A stretch of 64,000 bases of DNA from Terriglobia bacterium (GTDB lineage: Bacteria; Acidobacteriota; Terriglobia; 2-12-FULL-54-10), in assembly GCA_963666975.2 (NCBI GenBank), contig CAXVYR010000004.1:1792001-1856000 (forward strand). Reading direction: 5' to 3'. Both the position numbers and the translations under genes were made by a program. Below, in pieces: positions 1-10,459 of this stretch (within the stretch, counting starts at the first letter, position 1; each line of letters opens with the position of its first letter). A model generated the notes under the pieces. It worked only from the letters and a program-made list of their open reading frames with translations, made no database searches and had not been told where the DNA came from.

Positions 1-98
1 CCGGTCTCCTCGACCATTGTCTCGGTGACGCGCTCTACAATCTTTCGCTTCTGCTCCAGCGTTCGCCCTTCGAGCAGCGTAATCTGTACGTGCGGCAT
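1..98 (-). CDS. 4-oxalocrotonate tautomerase family protein (partial, runs off window start)
   Basis: Manual translation from ATG at 98: MPHVQITLLEGRTLEQKRKIVERVTETMVEETG; N-terminal Pro and GRT-EQK motif of the 4-OT family. Confidence 0.85.
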   Translation of the reverse strand, partial: MPHVQITLLEGRTLEQKRKIVERVTETMVEET

Positions 99-528
99 GA
101 ACAATCCCTCCTGTTTTGCGGATGAAAGTCCGCTCAATATAGCATGGGGGGGCAATTCAGAAGCTGTGAAATGGCGGCAACTGTCATTGACAGAATGAGA
201 TAGGGCTGCCAGAAAAACGCCGTGCCGGGAGCTGGCTTCCTGTGTCCGGCACGCGCTTCTTCTGCTGCCTGTCTGTTTTCTTTCCCCCCTCAACTCCCCT
301 CAGCCAAAAGTGGAAAAAAAAGTGAAGATAACCCTTTACAACGTCTGCAGCTTGTGGCAGCATTCCAGTAATTGGATGCAGTTTTTTGGGAGGTGTTAAG
401 CAACTTCACAGAGAAGCAAGAGCATCCAATAACCACACACACTGACTAGACTTGACCAAAAGCCATCCGCCCCGGATGGCGCGTCCGTTGAGTCGGGGGC
501 GCTAACCAAGACCTACCCAAAAAGGTTA

Positions 529-549
529 GAGCCTCCGGCTCATTTTTTG
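529..549 (+). terminator. Putative intrinsic terminator
   Basis: GAGCC-tcc-GGCTC hairpin followed by ATTTTTTG. Confidence 0.5.
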
Positions 550-589
550 TATAAGGGAGCTTTTGCGGATGGGAGACGCGAGCATACCG

Positions 590-964
590 ATGGAGAACCA
601 GAGGCCATGCATTCTGGCCGCCGTCCAAGATATGTTTTTCGCGGCGAAGATCACCGCCGCGGCTAAACGGGCGGGCGTGGAGGTCAGGTATGTTCTTGAT
701 GAGAAGGAGCTTTTGGGAGCAGAACCACCGCCGCAGATGATTATAGTCGATCTGAACAACTCGAGTCTGAACCCTGTCGAGTTGATCGGCAAGTTGAAAG
801 CAGACCCTACGGCACGCGAGGTCCGCGTCATCGGATTCCTGTCTCACGTGCAACAGGACCTGAAGCGCGAGGCGGAACTGGCCGGATGCGACTTGGTGCT
901 GCCGCGCTCCGTGTTTTCCCAAAACCTGGAGGACCTGCTGCGCGGGCGCTCCTGCCACCTTTAA
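590..964 (+). CDS. Stand-alone (atypical) receiver-domain protein
   Basis: IIVDL phospho-acceptor strand, KLKADP-T, AGCDLVLPRS; CheY-like pattern. Confidence 0.75.
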   Translation: MENQRPCILAAVQDMFFAAKITAAAKRAGVEVRYVLDEKELLGAEPPPQMIIVDLNNSSLNPVELIGKLKADPTAREVRVIGFLSHVQQDLKREAELAGCDLVLPRSVFSQNLEDLLRGRSCHL

Positions 965-1207
965 GCGTGTGTGAGTCCTGCCGCTTTTGCAGAGGAAACC
1001 CGGGTGCGCGCTTGGCGTGAGTCACCACTCGGTCTCGAGATCCCTGCCTAACAAACCTACCTTATTGCATAGGCCGCAGGTCCCATCGAAAAACGTTACC
1101 TTTGCGCTATTGGCGCGAAAGCGAGCATGCCTTATCGTGTGAAGTGTTCGCAGGGTAAGACGGAACTGAGGAACGCCGGGGGGACGAACTTCAGTTTAGG
1201 CTTACCG

Positions 1208-1240
1208 GGGCTGGCGGCGTCGCCAGCCCTTTTTATTTTT
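1208..1240 (+). terminator. Intrinsic terminator
   Basis: GGGCTGGCG-gcgt-CGCCAGCCC 9-bp stem followed by TTTTTATTTTT. Confidence 0.75.
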
Positions 1241-1253
1241 GCAAGACGCTCCG

Positions 1254-1898
1254 TCAATCCCCTTCCCTGGCTTCCTCGACCGCCTCCCATCCTTCCTTGA
1301 CGATGAACCAGACCATCACCAGGGCCGCCAGCGGGTCCATCCACCACCATCCGAGCAGGGCGTTCAGGCTGAGACCAATCAGCAGAGTGAAAGACAGGTA
1401 GGCGCAGATCAGCGTCTCCCAGGCGTCGGCCTCCAGCGCCCGGCTTCCCATCTGCAGTGCTACCTTCTTTTTGGACAAGCCCAGCAGCGGCATCACCACC
1501 AGGGAAGCAACCGCCAGCGCAATCCCGATCCGGCTGGTTTCCGCAGCCTCCTGCCTGAGCAGCGCGCTTCCCGCCTCAAACACAACGTAACCGGCCAGCA
1601 GGAAGAAAGTGAGTCCCACCAGCAGGAGGGCTTTTTTCTCCTTCTTCGATTCTTCTTCCAGCGAACCGGAGTCGCGGAGCCTCCATACCAGAATCCCCGC
1701 CGCCAGCACTTCAATCACGCTGTCCAGGCCGAAGCTTACCAGCGCAACGCTGCCGGCCCGCCATCCGGCTGCGATGGCGATGACCGCTTCCAGCGCGTTG
1801 TAGGAGATCAGCGTGTATTCCAGGCGGAGCGCCTTCCGCCGCAATGCATCTTGGGTATGCACAGGGGTATGCACGGTATGGAAGAGTGGCCCGGACAA
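1254..1898 (-). CDS. Cation efflux (CDF-like) transporter, transmembrane domain only
   Basis: YNALEAVIAI, GSVALVSFGLDSVIE, ALEADA, WWMDPLAAL motifs; about 6 TM segments. Confidence 0.8.
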   Translation of the reverse strand: MSGPLFHTVHTPVHTQDALRRKALRLEYTLISYNALEAVIAIAAGWRAGSVALVSFGLDSVIEVLAAGILVWRLRDSGSLEEESKKEKKALLLVGLTFFLLAGYVVFEAGSALLRQEAAETSRIGIALAVASLVVMPLLGLSKKKVALQMGSRALEADAWETLICAYLSFTLLIGLSLNALLGWWWMDPLAALVMVWFIVKEGWEAVEEAREGD

Positions 1899-1938
1899 TG
1901 TTCTGTGTCGAGCAGGAAAAGCGGCGGGTGCGCTTCGT

Positions 1939-2454
1939 TCAAGGCAACGCCTTCTCCATCAGGTAGGCGTCCGATCCGTCGGCGTAGTAGCTTCGCAGCA
2001 GGCGTTTGATGGCGTAGCCGCGCCGTTTGTAAAAGCGCAGGGCAGGTTCATTTTCCGTTCCCACTTCCAGTATGATGCGGCGCACTCCATTTTGCCTCAG
2101 GCGCTGCTCGGCCGACTCCATCAGCCGGTTGCCGATGCCCCGCGCACGGAACTCCTCCACGACATCAATTGTGACAATATGTCCGGCAGAATTTTCCTGG
2201 GACCGCTTCTTTTGGTAGGCGAGCACAAAGGCGATGATCTGCTCTCCGGCTTCAGCGACCAGGGCAAATGCACCCGGCTGGACCAGCCCCAGGGCCATCT
2301 CCTCCGGCGTGTAGGCGATGGCCTCGGAATAACAAAGGCGGTCAATCTCACACAGGCGGGCAAAATCCCGTTTGCGGTAGTCCCGCAACTCGACATTGGG
2401 AAACTGAGGGGGAAGCTGACGGGGAAGCATGTTGGGAAGCTCATTCGAGGGCAT
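1939..2454 (-). CDS. GNAT N-acetyltransferase (RimI-like)
   Basis: GHIVTIDV..FRARGIG..LEV..N..A..FY..GY..YYADGSDAYLM; start chosen at MPSNEL. Confidence 0.85.
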   Translation of the reverse strand: MPSNELPNMLPRQLPPQFPNVELRDYRKRDFARLCEIDRLCYSEAIAYTPEEMALGLVQPGAFALVAEAGEQIIAFVLAYQKKRSQENSAGHIVTIDVVEEFRARGIGNRLMESAEQRLRQNGVRRIILEVGTENEPALRFYKRRGYAIKRLLRSYYADGSDAYLMEKALP

Positions 2455-2749
2455 GGCGGATGGATTCGCGAAACACGATGGCGGTGCAGGAAAGCCCGTT
2501 GATGGAATAGGATGTTTCCTTCCCCGTATTGCCCCCCGTGTCGCTCTTCGTGTCACTCATTGTTTCGTCCGAACCGGCTGGGGCAGACGGGATCAGCACA
2601 AAGTGCCGGTGCAGGTGATAGTCTTCATCCCACCCCGCGACCATTGCTTCAATCTCTTCCTTCGGGAGGCCAAAGCGGGAGAGCGGCATCGGCTGGCCAA
2701 ATTCCTTCACCACCTCCCGGTATCTTTCGACAGCAGCTTTCAGGTCCAT
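2441..2749 (-). CDS. Hypothetical protein
   Basis: ORF MDLKAAVERY...; stop overlaps start of the downstream GNAT gene, so probably co-transcribed. Confidence 0.6.
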   Translation of the reverse strand: MDLKAAVERYREVVKEFGQPMPLSRFGLPKEEIEAMVAGWDEDYHLHRHFVLIPSAPAGSDETMSDTKSDTGGNTGKETSYSINGLSCTAIVFRESIRHALE

Positions 2750-2928
2750 AATCCGATGCTTCAGCGATTCGTTCGAGGGGGAAATCCTTACCCGCGCCGC
2801 CGGTGGAACTTTGCCGGCTTTCCTATGGTGCAAGACCGCAATTTCAGGGTTTCCCGGCCCCAGTCAAGAAAATAGTCCGGAGAATTGTCAAGAAGAGATA
2901 GGTATTAACGCCAATTTTTTAACAAGCT

Positions 2929-4908
2929 CTATGCCAAGCCCTGCCGTTGGAGGTCAGCTTTGATTTTCGGGTCCAGCACGCCTGCTTTGTGGAAGGCGGC
3001 GCGCGCCTCGCCCGGCTGGCCCAATTTTCGGAGCACGACTCCTTTGTTGTACCACGCATCGGCGTAGCGGGGCTGTATCCCCAGGGCCCGGTCATATGCG
3101 GCCAGCGCCTCGATCAGGCGGTTCTGCTTTCGCATCGCCACGCCCTTGTTCATCCATGCCTCGGCGTATTGCGGGTTGAGGGCCACGGCGCGGTCGTAGC
3201 ATTGCAACTCCTCGTGCGGGCGGCCCAGTTTTCTGAGGGCGACTCCTTTGTTGTGCCAGGCCACCGAGGACTGCGGATTCAGGGCCAGGACCCTGTCGTA
3301 GCAGGCCAGCGCCTCCTCGGTCTTCCCCAGTTTCCGCAAGATGACGCCCTTGTTCAGCCATGCGGAATCATAGCGCGGATTGAGTTCAATCGCCTGTTCG
3401 TAGGAGTGCAGGGCCTCATCGAGAGGGGTCCGGTTACCGTAGATCATGCTGGAGCGCCCGCCCCTTTCCGAGCGTCGCAGCAGCGCCTCCGCTTCGGGCC
3501 CGGCCGTTCCCAGAAGGATGCCCCGGTTATACCAGGCGTGAGCCGACCGCGGGTTAAGCTCGAGCGCTTTTTCGTAGCACTCCATCGCTTCCATTTCCTT
3601 GCCCTGCTTGGCGAGGATGACACCCTTGTTGAGCCATGCGCCGTCAAAGCTGGGATAAATCTCCAGCGCTTTATTCATGCAGGCCAGGGCTTCTCTCGTC
3701 CGCCCCAAATTGCCCAGAGCCGCCCCCTTGTTGAGGATTTCCCATGCCTCCAGCGCCTTCGGTTCTGCGGTGGCAACTTCCTCGTGATGCTCCTGCTGCA
3801 GAATCCGGGACAGGTCCAGCTCCAGGGTGGAGAAGTTGGGGTAGCGGTCTTCCGGCTTCTTGGCGAGGCATCGCGATATTAATTGGACCAACTGTGGGCT
3901 GACCTCCGGATTCAGATCGGCGAGTACCGGCGGAGCAACCTTGAGATGCTTATAGAACCATTGCTCCGGGCCCTTGGCCGAAAAGGGGCGCTCGCCGGCC
4001 AGCATCTCAAAGAGCATAATGCCGAAAGAGTAAATATCCGCGCGCGCGGTCACATGAGCGAAATCAGTGAATTGCTCCGGGGCCATATAAGGCAGCGTGC
4101 CGACGCCCATCTCGCCCACTTGCGTCTTAAAAACCCGTGTATGGTTCTCCGACAGCCCTTTGCCGGAGGCCTGCTGCTGCTGCGGGAACTTATCGGAGCC
4201 GGACAGCACCTTCACCAAACCGAAGTCGGTCACCTTCAAAACGTCGTCCGGGGTGAACATGCAGTTCTCCGGTTTGACGTCGCGGTGGACCAGCCCGGGA
4301 ACTTTCTCCTGTGCATAGTCCATTCCCCGGCAGAAATGGATTGAGTATCGCAGCGCGTCGCGGACAGGAAGCGGGCCGGCAGCCATTTTTTTCCGCAGGT
4401 CCGACCCGGCAACGTATTCCAGGAAGACGTGAGGCTGGCTGTTGATGTTGCCCACATAGAAGGCCCGCACAATATTCTGGTGTTGTTCCAGCTTGATCCA
4501 GGTCTCGACTTCGCGTAGAAACCGCTGCACCAGAACGGGGGTTCCCAGGCACCACTGCTGGAAGGTCTTCACGGCGAAAGGTGTCATGGAGCTTTCGTCC
4601 AAGACGATGTAGACGACGCCCATGCCGCTTTTGCCGACCCCGCCCTTGATGTCGTGAATCAGGAAATCGCCTAAGCCGGGCACCGACAACGTCTGGCCGG
4701 GTTTGAGCCCTTCCTCTCCCGAAACGGCTGGCCCGGACTTGCCGGGCGATTTCTTCGGTGTAGCGGCTGCAGGGGACTCCGCCGCAGGCGCGATGGTAGC
4801 CATTGGGTCATTAGGTTTCTGAGGGGATTTCTGAGCGGGGGTCTGTGGAGTCTTCTCGCCGGGAGCCGTGTGTTCCTCTTTGGGTTTCCGTTTGAAAAAG
4901 TTAAACAT
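2929..4908 (-). CDS. Serine/threonine protein kinase with C-terminal TPR repeats
   Basis: GMGVVY, AVK, HRDVKPEN, DFG, YMAPE, DIYSFG kinase motifs; repeated AW-NKG..L..LG...EAL..YD.AL TPRs. Confidence 0.95.
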   Translation of the reverse strand: MFNFFKRKPKEEHTAPGEKTPQTPAQKSPQKPNDPMATIAPAAESPAAATPKKSPGKSGPAVSGEEGLKPGQTLSVPGLGDFLIHDIKGGVGKSGMGVVYIVLDESSMTPFAVKTFQQWCLGTPVLVQRFLREVETWIKLEQHQNIVRAFYVGNINSQPHVFLEYVAGSDLRKKMAAGPLPVRDALRYSIHFCRGMDYAQEKVPGLVHRDVKPENCMFTPDDVLKVTDFGLVKVLSGSDKFPQQQQASGKGLSENHTRVFKTQVGEMGVGTLPYMAPEQFTDFAHVTARADIYSFGIMLFEMLAGERPFSAKGPEQWFYKHLKVAPPVLADLNPEVSPQLVQLISRCLAKKPEDRYPNFSTLELDLSRILQQEHHEEVATAEPKALEAWEILNKGAALGNLGRTREALACMNKALEIYPSFDGAWLNKGVILAKQGKEMEAMECYEKALELNPRSAHAWYNRGILLGTAGPEAEALLRRSERGGRSSMIYGNRTPLDEALHSYEQAIELNPRYDSAWLNKGVILRKLGKTEEALACYDRVLALNPQSSVAWHNKGVALRKLGRPHEELQCYDRAVALNPQYAEAWMNKGVAMRKQNRLIEALAAYDRALGIQPRYADAWYNKGVVLRKLGQPGEARAAFHKAGVLDPKIKADLQRQGLA

Positions 4909-5235
4909 GCCGGCCTATCCGCAGTTGAGGAATGCGACGACCACGCTACAGTTGACTTCTGGGGGCGGCGTGCACTGGGCACTAAGGCGCTCGCCGGGAA
5001 TTTTTACGCTTCTGCTAGCCTTTCAATCCGCGAACCGCACAATTGCTGGCGCAGCCCTGTTACACTGCTATTATACATTCATTTCGAGACCCTCGAAATC
5101 TCCATTTTGGCCGGAGACGTCTCCTGAAAGTCACTTCAAAAACACAAAATCCGATTACTTTTCCCGCACGCGATTCTTGACCGGCCCGATCGCTGGCTTG
5201 ACGATGGAAAGCCGCCATACGTAATATAGGCGTTG

Positions 5236-5511
5236 ATGGCTATTCTTCCTCCAGGCATACGGTCGTTGTTCATCCGCCACGCAGCCCGAACGCTGTTTCA
5301 TAGCGGAAAAATCCTGCGCCGGTTGTGGCTGGAGGTGACGGGAGCGGTATTTTTGGGTTTGGCGATACTCGCTGCCTTCTCGATTCTGCGCCAGTGGCGC
5401 GCCTATCAGGAGGGCGCCTCGGTGCTGCAGCCCCTGGCCGTTACTCTCTTTTCGGCCATGATGGTCGGTTTTGGCATCTATTCTTTCTGGAAAGCGCGGC
5501 GGTACCGGTAA
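5236..5511 (+). CDS. Small hypothetical membrane protein (2 TM)
   Basis: Two hydrophobic helices, LWLEVTG motif, ends SFWKARR; directly upstream of the mutase. Confidence 0.65.
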   Translation: MAILPPGIRSLFIRHAARTLFHSGKILRRLWLEVTGAVFLGLAILAAFSILRQWRAYQEGASVLQPLAVTLFSAMMVGFGIYSFWKARRYR

Positions 5512-5560
5512 CCTTTGAATTCTTGATTTTGTTCCTTTCCTAAAAAAGCGCAGGGTGGCT

Positions 5561-7195
5561 ATGGCAGCGGAACGAGCAGACATTCCCGAAAAAGACTCCT
5601 CAGAGACGCCCGGGGAAAAGTTACAAACTTCCTCCGGCATTGAGATCAGGCCCGTCACAACGCCCCAGGATTTGGAAGGCTTCTCCGAAGAACGCGACCT
5701 GGGGCGTCCAGGCGAGTATCCCTTCCTGCGCGGCGTGCGCCCGACCATGTACCGGGGACGGCTGTGGACGATGCGGCAATATGCCGGCTTCGGAACCGCA
5801 GCGGAATCCAACCAGCGGTACAAGTATCTGCTGGGACAGGGGCAGAATGCGCTCTCGGTGGCTTTCGACTTGCCCACGCAGATCGGCATGGACTCGGATC
5901 ACTCGCTGGCGGCGGGCGAGGTCGGCAAGGTGGGCGTGGCGATTGACAGCCTGGAAGACATGGAGACGCTGCTCGAGGGCATCCCCTTGCAGAAAATCTC
6001 CACGTCGATGACGATCAACTCGACGGCCGCCGTTCTGCTGGCGCTCTACGTGGCTGTGGCCAAAAAGCAGGGGGCCCGGCTCGCGAAACTTTCCGGCACC
6101 GTGCAGAACGACATCCTGAAGGAGTACATTGCGCGGGGCACCTACATCTACCCGCCGCGGCCGTCCTTGCGCCTGGTGACCGACCTGTTCGCGTGGTGCC
6201 AGCAGGAGCTGCCCGAGTGGAACACCATCTCGGTCAGCGGCTACCACATCCGCGAGGCCGGATCGACCGCCGTTCAGGAGCTGGCCTTCACGCTGGCCAA
6301 CGCCGTCGCCTACGTGGAGGCGGCGCGGGAGGCGGGTCTGGAGGTGGACTCGTTCGCCCCGCGCCTGTCATTCTTTTTTAATTCCCACAACAATTTTTTC
6401 GAGGAAGTGGCCAAGTTCCGGGCGGCGCGCCGCCTGTGGGCTCGCATCATGAAGGAGCAGTTCGGGGCGCGCGATCCCCGCTCGCAGATGCTGCGGTTCC
6501 ATACTCAAACGGCCGGCTCCACGCTCACGGCGCAGCAGCCGGACGTCAACGTGGTGCGCACGACGCTCCAGGCCCTGGCGGCAGTTCTCGGGGGCACCCA
6601 GTCGCTGCACACCAACTCCAAAGACGAGGCGCTGGGACTGCCCACGGAAGATGCCGCCCTGCTGGCCTTGCGCACGCAGCAGGTGATCGCTCATGAAAGC
6701 GGGGCTCCGAACACCGCCGATCCGCTGGGCGGCTCCTACTTCGTCGAGAGTCTCACGCGGGAAATCGAGACGCGCGCGCGGCACTACATCGAGCAGATCG
6801 CCGAGCGCGGCGGGATGTTGCGGGCGATTGAGACAGGATTTGTGCAGAAAGAAATTCAGCAGGCCGCCTTCCACCACCAGAAGGAGGTCGAGAACGGCAG
6901 GCGGGTGGTGGTGGGCGTGAACCGCTTCCAGAGGAACGAGGAAAATCCGTATCCGGCTCTGCGTGTCGATGCGGCTCTGGAGGCGGCGCAGGTGGAGCGT
7001 CTGCGCCAACTGCGCGCCAAACGCAATGCGGAGCAGGTCCAGAAGACGCTGTGGCGGGTGGAAGAGGCCGCGCGGGGCACAGAAAACCTGATGCCGCCGC
7101 TGCTGGCGGCTGTGGAAGCTTACGCCACGGTGGGTGAAATCTCCGACATATTACGCGGTGTGTTCGGGGAATACAAAGAGGCTGTGGTGGTTTAG
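5561..7195 (+). CDS. Methylmalonyl-CoA mutase, N-terminal (substrate-binding) subunit
   Basis: WTMRQYAGF (Tyr specificity residue), [28 protein letters not shown]; no B12-binding domain. Confidence 0.93.
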   Translation: MAAERADIPEKDSSETPGEKLQTSSGIEIRPVTTPQDLEGFSEERDLGRPGEYPFLRGVRPTMYRGRLWTMRQYAGFGTAAESNQRYKYLLGQGQNALSVAFDLPTQIGMDSDHSLAAGEVGKVGVAIDSLEDMETLLEGIPLQKISTSMTINSTAAVLLALYVAVAKKQGARLAKLSGTVQNDILKEYIARGTYIYPPRPSLRLVTDLFAWCQQELPEWNTISVSGYHIREAGSTAVQELAFTLANAVAYVEAAREAGLEVDSFAPRLSFFFNSHNNFFEEVAKFRAARRLWARIMKEQFGARDPRSQMLRFHTQTAGSTLTAQQPDVNVVRTTLQALAAVLGGTQSLHTNSKDEALGLPTEDAALLALRTQQVIAHESGAPNTADPLGGSYFVESLTREIETRARHYIEQIAERGGMLRAIETGFVQKEIQQAAFHHQKEVENGRRVVVGVNRFQRNEENPYPALRVDAALEAAQVERLRQLRAKRNAEQVQKTLWRVEEAARGTENLMPPLLAAVEAYATVGEISDILRGVFGEYKEAVVV

Positions 7196-7271
7196 AGGGA
7201 TGGTTTATTAGAGGAACCGATGCAGCGCCGAGCCATTGCTTTTCAACCCGCCCAGGAATAAAATTCCCCTC

Positions 7272-8048
7272 ATGGATTCCAAACTAAAAATCGCTGACCG
7301 CGAATTCTCTTCGCGTCTGATTGTCGGCACCGGCAAGTACAAGACGTTTCCCGAGATGGCGCGGTGTCTGGAGGCCTCCGGCTCCGACATGGTCACCGTC
7401 GCCGTGCGGCGCGTCAACCTGACCGACCGCAGCAAGGAATCATTGCTTGACTACATCGACACCAAGAAATACTTCATCCTGCCGAACACCGCCGGATGTT
7501 ACAGCGCCGACGAGGCGGTTCGCGCGGCGCGGATGGCGCGCGAGGTGGGGCTCTCCAACTGGATCAAGCTGGAAGTGATCGGCGATGAGGCCACGCTTTT
7601 CCCGGATAACGCCGGGCTGCTGGAGGCGACCAAGACGCTGGTTAAGGACGGTTTTGTGGTCCTTCCCTACACCAACGATGACCTGGTGGCTGCTCTCCGG
7701 CTGATCGACGCGGGTGCCGCCGCCGTGATGCCCTTGGGCGCGCCGATCGGCTCCGGTATGGGAATTCAGAATATTCCCAACATCCGCATCCTACGGGAAA
7801 GGATCACCCAGGTGCCGCTGATCGTTGACGCGGGCGTGGGAACGGCCTCCGACGCCGCCACTGCTATGGAATTGGGAGCCGATGGTGTGCTGATGAACAC
7901 CGGCATCGCCATGGCCCACGATCCGGAGGCGATGGCCGGGGCCATGAACCATGCCGTGCAAGCAGGAAGGCTTGCCTATCTGGCCGGCCGCATTCCCAAG
8001 AAGCTCTACGCCACGGCCTCAAGCCCGCTCGAAGGCGTCTCGCGCTGA
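7272..8048 (+). CDS. thiG: Thiazole synthase
   Basis: [44 protein letters not shown]. Confidence 0.97.
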   Translation: MDSKLKIADREFSSRLIVGTGKYKTFPEMARCLEASGSDMVTVAVRRVNLTDRSKESLLDYIDTKKYFILPNTAGCYSADEAVRAARMAREVGLSNWIKLEVIGDEATLFPDNAGLLEATKTLVKDGFVVLPYTNDDLVAALRLIDAGAAAVMPLGAPIGSGMGIQNIPNIRILRERITQVPLIVDAGVGTASDAATAMELGADGVLMNTGIAMAHDPEAMAGAMNHAVQAGRLAYLAGRIPKKLYATASSPLEGVSR

Positions 8049-8131
8049 GACGCGCCTGTCAAAGCGCTTACTGAGACAAAGAACTTTCTTCCTCTGTTTG
8101 CTGAATTAATGTCGGCGACAGCCCCTGTTAG

Positions 8132-8299
8132 TCAGGGCCGGGTTTCCGCTGTGTAGCCGCAAATTTCCCGGCAATCGGCGCAATAGTAGCAGCCGTCCTC
8201 ACAGAGACGAACCTGGTAATCGGCCCGGCAGAGCATACAGAAGCGGTCACACTGGCATTTTTCCTCTGGCGCGCCACAAACCGTGCATGAGTAAGCCAT
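8132..8299 (-). CDS. Small cysteine-rich putative metal-binding protein (55 aa, 11 Cys)
   Basis: MAYSCTVCGAPEEKCQCDRFCMLCRADYQVRLCEDGCYYCADCREICGYTAETRP. Confidence 0.7.
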   Translation of the reverse strand: MAYSCTVCGAPEEKCQCDRFCMLCRADYQVRLCEDGCYYCADCREICGYTAETRP

Positions 8300-8643
8300 A
8301 TCGATTCCCAGCCTTGATCGGTTTTCCCACTCGTCTATTTTCCACTTTATGAGTTCCCACCCTATGGTAATGCCGCTCCACCCGGCCCGGCAAGTTTCAC
8401 AGGCCGCCACTCATTTGATACGCCCGGATGTCGATCAGAGGGTTTCCACAAACCGGCTCTGCAGTAGGATGACTTTGCACATATAGTCATTTGTAATCAT
8501 CAAGTTATAGCCGCCCCACTCGGCGGAAATTTCCTCAGCGAGCCCAACGGCTGGAGCACTTGCTTGTGGAAGCTCTTGCTCCTGGGCCAAAGCAGTTTTC
8601 TCCCTTCCAAACTGCTTTTCTTTCCCGTTAGTTTGCTTTAGAC

Positions 8644-9753
8644 TTGATTTCCATGATGGAGTCTTTGCCCATTGAGAGAGCCATTCCGGAAGCAGGCTCC
8701 CCTCGTCCCTTTTCTATAAAAAATGGGGCGATCCAGGTGCTGAAGCTGGCGGTGGCCACCGGGGTGATTCTGGTCCTGGTGTTTCGCGGAGATATTGGCT
8801 GGGAGGCATTGCAAGCGTCGCTCAGTAAATGGCATTACAGTATCCCCGCCTTCCTGCTACTGGCTCTGACGCCGGTCGGCCACCTCTGGCGGTGGCAGAG
8901 TCTTCTGCGCGCCAGCAGTGTAGTTCTGCCCCACCGCGAAGTTTTTTCTTATCTAATGATCTCGAAGTTTTTCAATATGGCGTTTCCCAGCTACTTGAGC
9001 GGCGACATCATCCGGGGATTTTATGTATTGCGACGGGCCGCAAAGAGCAAAACAGGCTCTGCGGGGGCGGCCGAGGGCAAAGACAAGGCCGGATCGTCCT
9101 CCGTAGTTACCAGTATTTTGTTCGACCGTTTGGCGGGACTTTTACCTCTGTTGCTGATCTGCCTGCTGGGATTGCTCGGCTCGCTGTGGTACGCATTGCC
9201 GCCTCGCATGGTAAGCTCGGTCGGAGCGGGGGCGGGCACCGGAGTGTTGCTGCTTCTCTTCCTATTTCTCCTGGCGTACCGGCTGCCGCAACCGCCCGGC
9301 TTTCTGCTCAAAATCAGCACGAGATATAACGTCCACCATTCCGTCAATTCCCTTTTTCGGGGCACCCATCACTACGTCCGCAATCTCAAGTTGATTCGGA
9401 ACATTCTGGGAATCTCGTTCCTGAATCACGCACTGGCGATTGCCAGCTTCGTTCTGTTCGGCCTGGCGCTGGGGATTCATGTGCCGCTGATGGGTTATCT
9501 GATCTTTGTGCCGCTGGGATTGATGGTGACCGCCATTCCGGTGGCTCCAGCCGGATTGGGGGTTGGCCAGGTCGCTTTCCTGGCTCTGTTCCACACGCTG
9601 GGGACCTCGCAGGGCGCCAATCTATTCACACTCTTCATGGCTTCCCACATCTTGATTAACCTGAGCGGAGCCGCACTGTATCTGCTGGCTCAGGTTCACG
9701 TTCCTTTGTCGCAACAGGTGATTCCAGCCGAAGCAGAAGCCGGAAAACATTAA
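8644..9753 (+). CDS. Lysylphosphatidylglycerol-synthase TM / flippase-like membrane protein (UPF0104)
   Basis: RWQSLL, FFNMAFPSYLSGDIIR, FDRLAG, IPVAPAGLGVGQ motifs; start uncertain (8644-8656). Confidence 0.85.
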   Translation: MISMMESLPIERAIPEAGSPRPFSIKNGAIQVLKLAVATGVILVLVFRGDIGWEALQASLSKWHYSIPAFLLLALTPVGHLWRWQSLLRASSVVLPHREVFSYLMISKFFNMAFPSYLSGDIIRGFYVLRRAAKSKTGSAGAAEGKDKAGSSSVVTSILFDRLAGLLPLLLICLLGLLGSLWYALPPRMVSSVGAGAGTGVLLLLFLFLLAYRLPQPPGFLLKISTRYNVHHSVNSLFRGTHHYVRNLKLIRNILGISFLNHALAIASFVLFGLALGIHVPLMGYLIFVPLGLMVTAIPVAPAGLGVGQVAFLALFHTLGTSQGANLFTLFMASHILINLSGAALYLLAQVHVPLSQQVIPAEAEAGKH

Positions 9754-9790
9754 GGGTCCCAGGTTAGGTTCCGATAGCGAGGGAGGCTGA

Positions 9791-9886
9791 AGAGGTTGTT
9801 GGAAAACTGGTGTAGGGGTTCGCTTGCTAATCCCTCGGGGCAGGCTGTGAGGGAGCGGACAAATGGTGTTTTTCAACAATCTGTTA
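9791..9886. mobile_element. MITE-like element with imperfect terminal inverted repeats
   Basis: AGAGGTTGTTGGAAAAC ... GTTTTTCAACAATCTGTT; same end family as 33883-34018. Confidence 0.55.
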
Positions 9887-9898
9887 AGGATAGAGCGT

Positions 9899-10459
9899 CT
9901 AGGGAGGAGCGATCGTCCCGCCGATAGGCCAAGTGGCGGCGCACCCGGTGGCGTCAGCGATGGTCTGAGTTCCCGCGCTGTCTTTCAGCATGCTGTTGGT
10001 GTGGTCGATACAGAAGGTGCTTGTGCCGTTGCTGCCCGGCAATACCGGCGTGGCGACCACCGCAAAGGCGGGGTTTGGCGCGGCGGTGGTGGGCGTGGCG
10101 TTGGCTGCATAATAAGTGAACCGATAACCGTTTTTCACCGGAGTTGGGGTGGCAGGAGTGACCCCGGATAACAGCGAGTCCAGCAGGTCGGCGCACCCGG
10201 AACTGAAGCTGGCACAGGCGCCGCCGGGAGGACCCAATTGCGCCAGGCTTCCGGCGTAGCCCTGGTCAAAAGAAATGTAATAGGTCGCGTTCGCCTTGCC
10301 CACCTGCGCAATCGAATTGGCTGCGGAAGTTTCATTGGCGACGGCCTTGGATCGGAGCAGTCCGGGAACTGCAATAGCCGCCAGGATGAGGATGATAGCA
10401 ACAACGATCAGCAACTCTACCAGGGAAAAGCCGGTCTGTCTTCTGATGTTCTTTCCCAA
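9899..10459 (-). CDS. Type IV pilin (prepilin N-terminal cleavage/methylation domain)
   Basis: GFSLVELLIVVAIILILAAIAVP class III signal peptide; KNGYRFTY, FCID motifs. Confidence 0.9.
   Translation of the reverse strand: MGKNIRRQTGFSLVELLIVVAIILILAAIAVPGLLRSKAVANETSAANSIAQVGKANATYYISFDQGYAGSLAQLGPPGGACASFSSGCADLLDSLLSGVTPATPTPVKNGYRFTYYAANATPTTAAPNPAFAVVATPVLPGSNGTSTFCIDHTNSMLKDSAGTQTIADATGCAATWPIGGTIAPP

Noticed and set aside
1110-1128. Sigma54 promoter TTGGCGCG..GC for the second sRNA candidate
   Set aside because: GG-to-GC spacing is 11 nt rather than the required 10.
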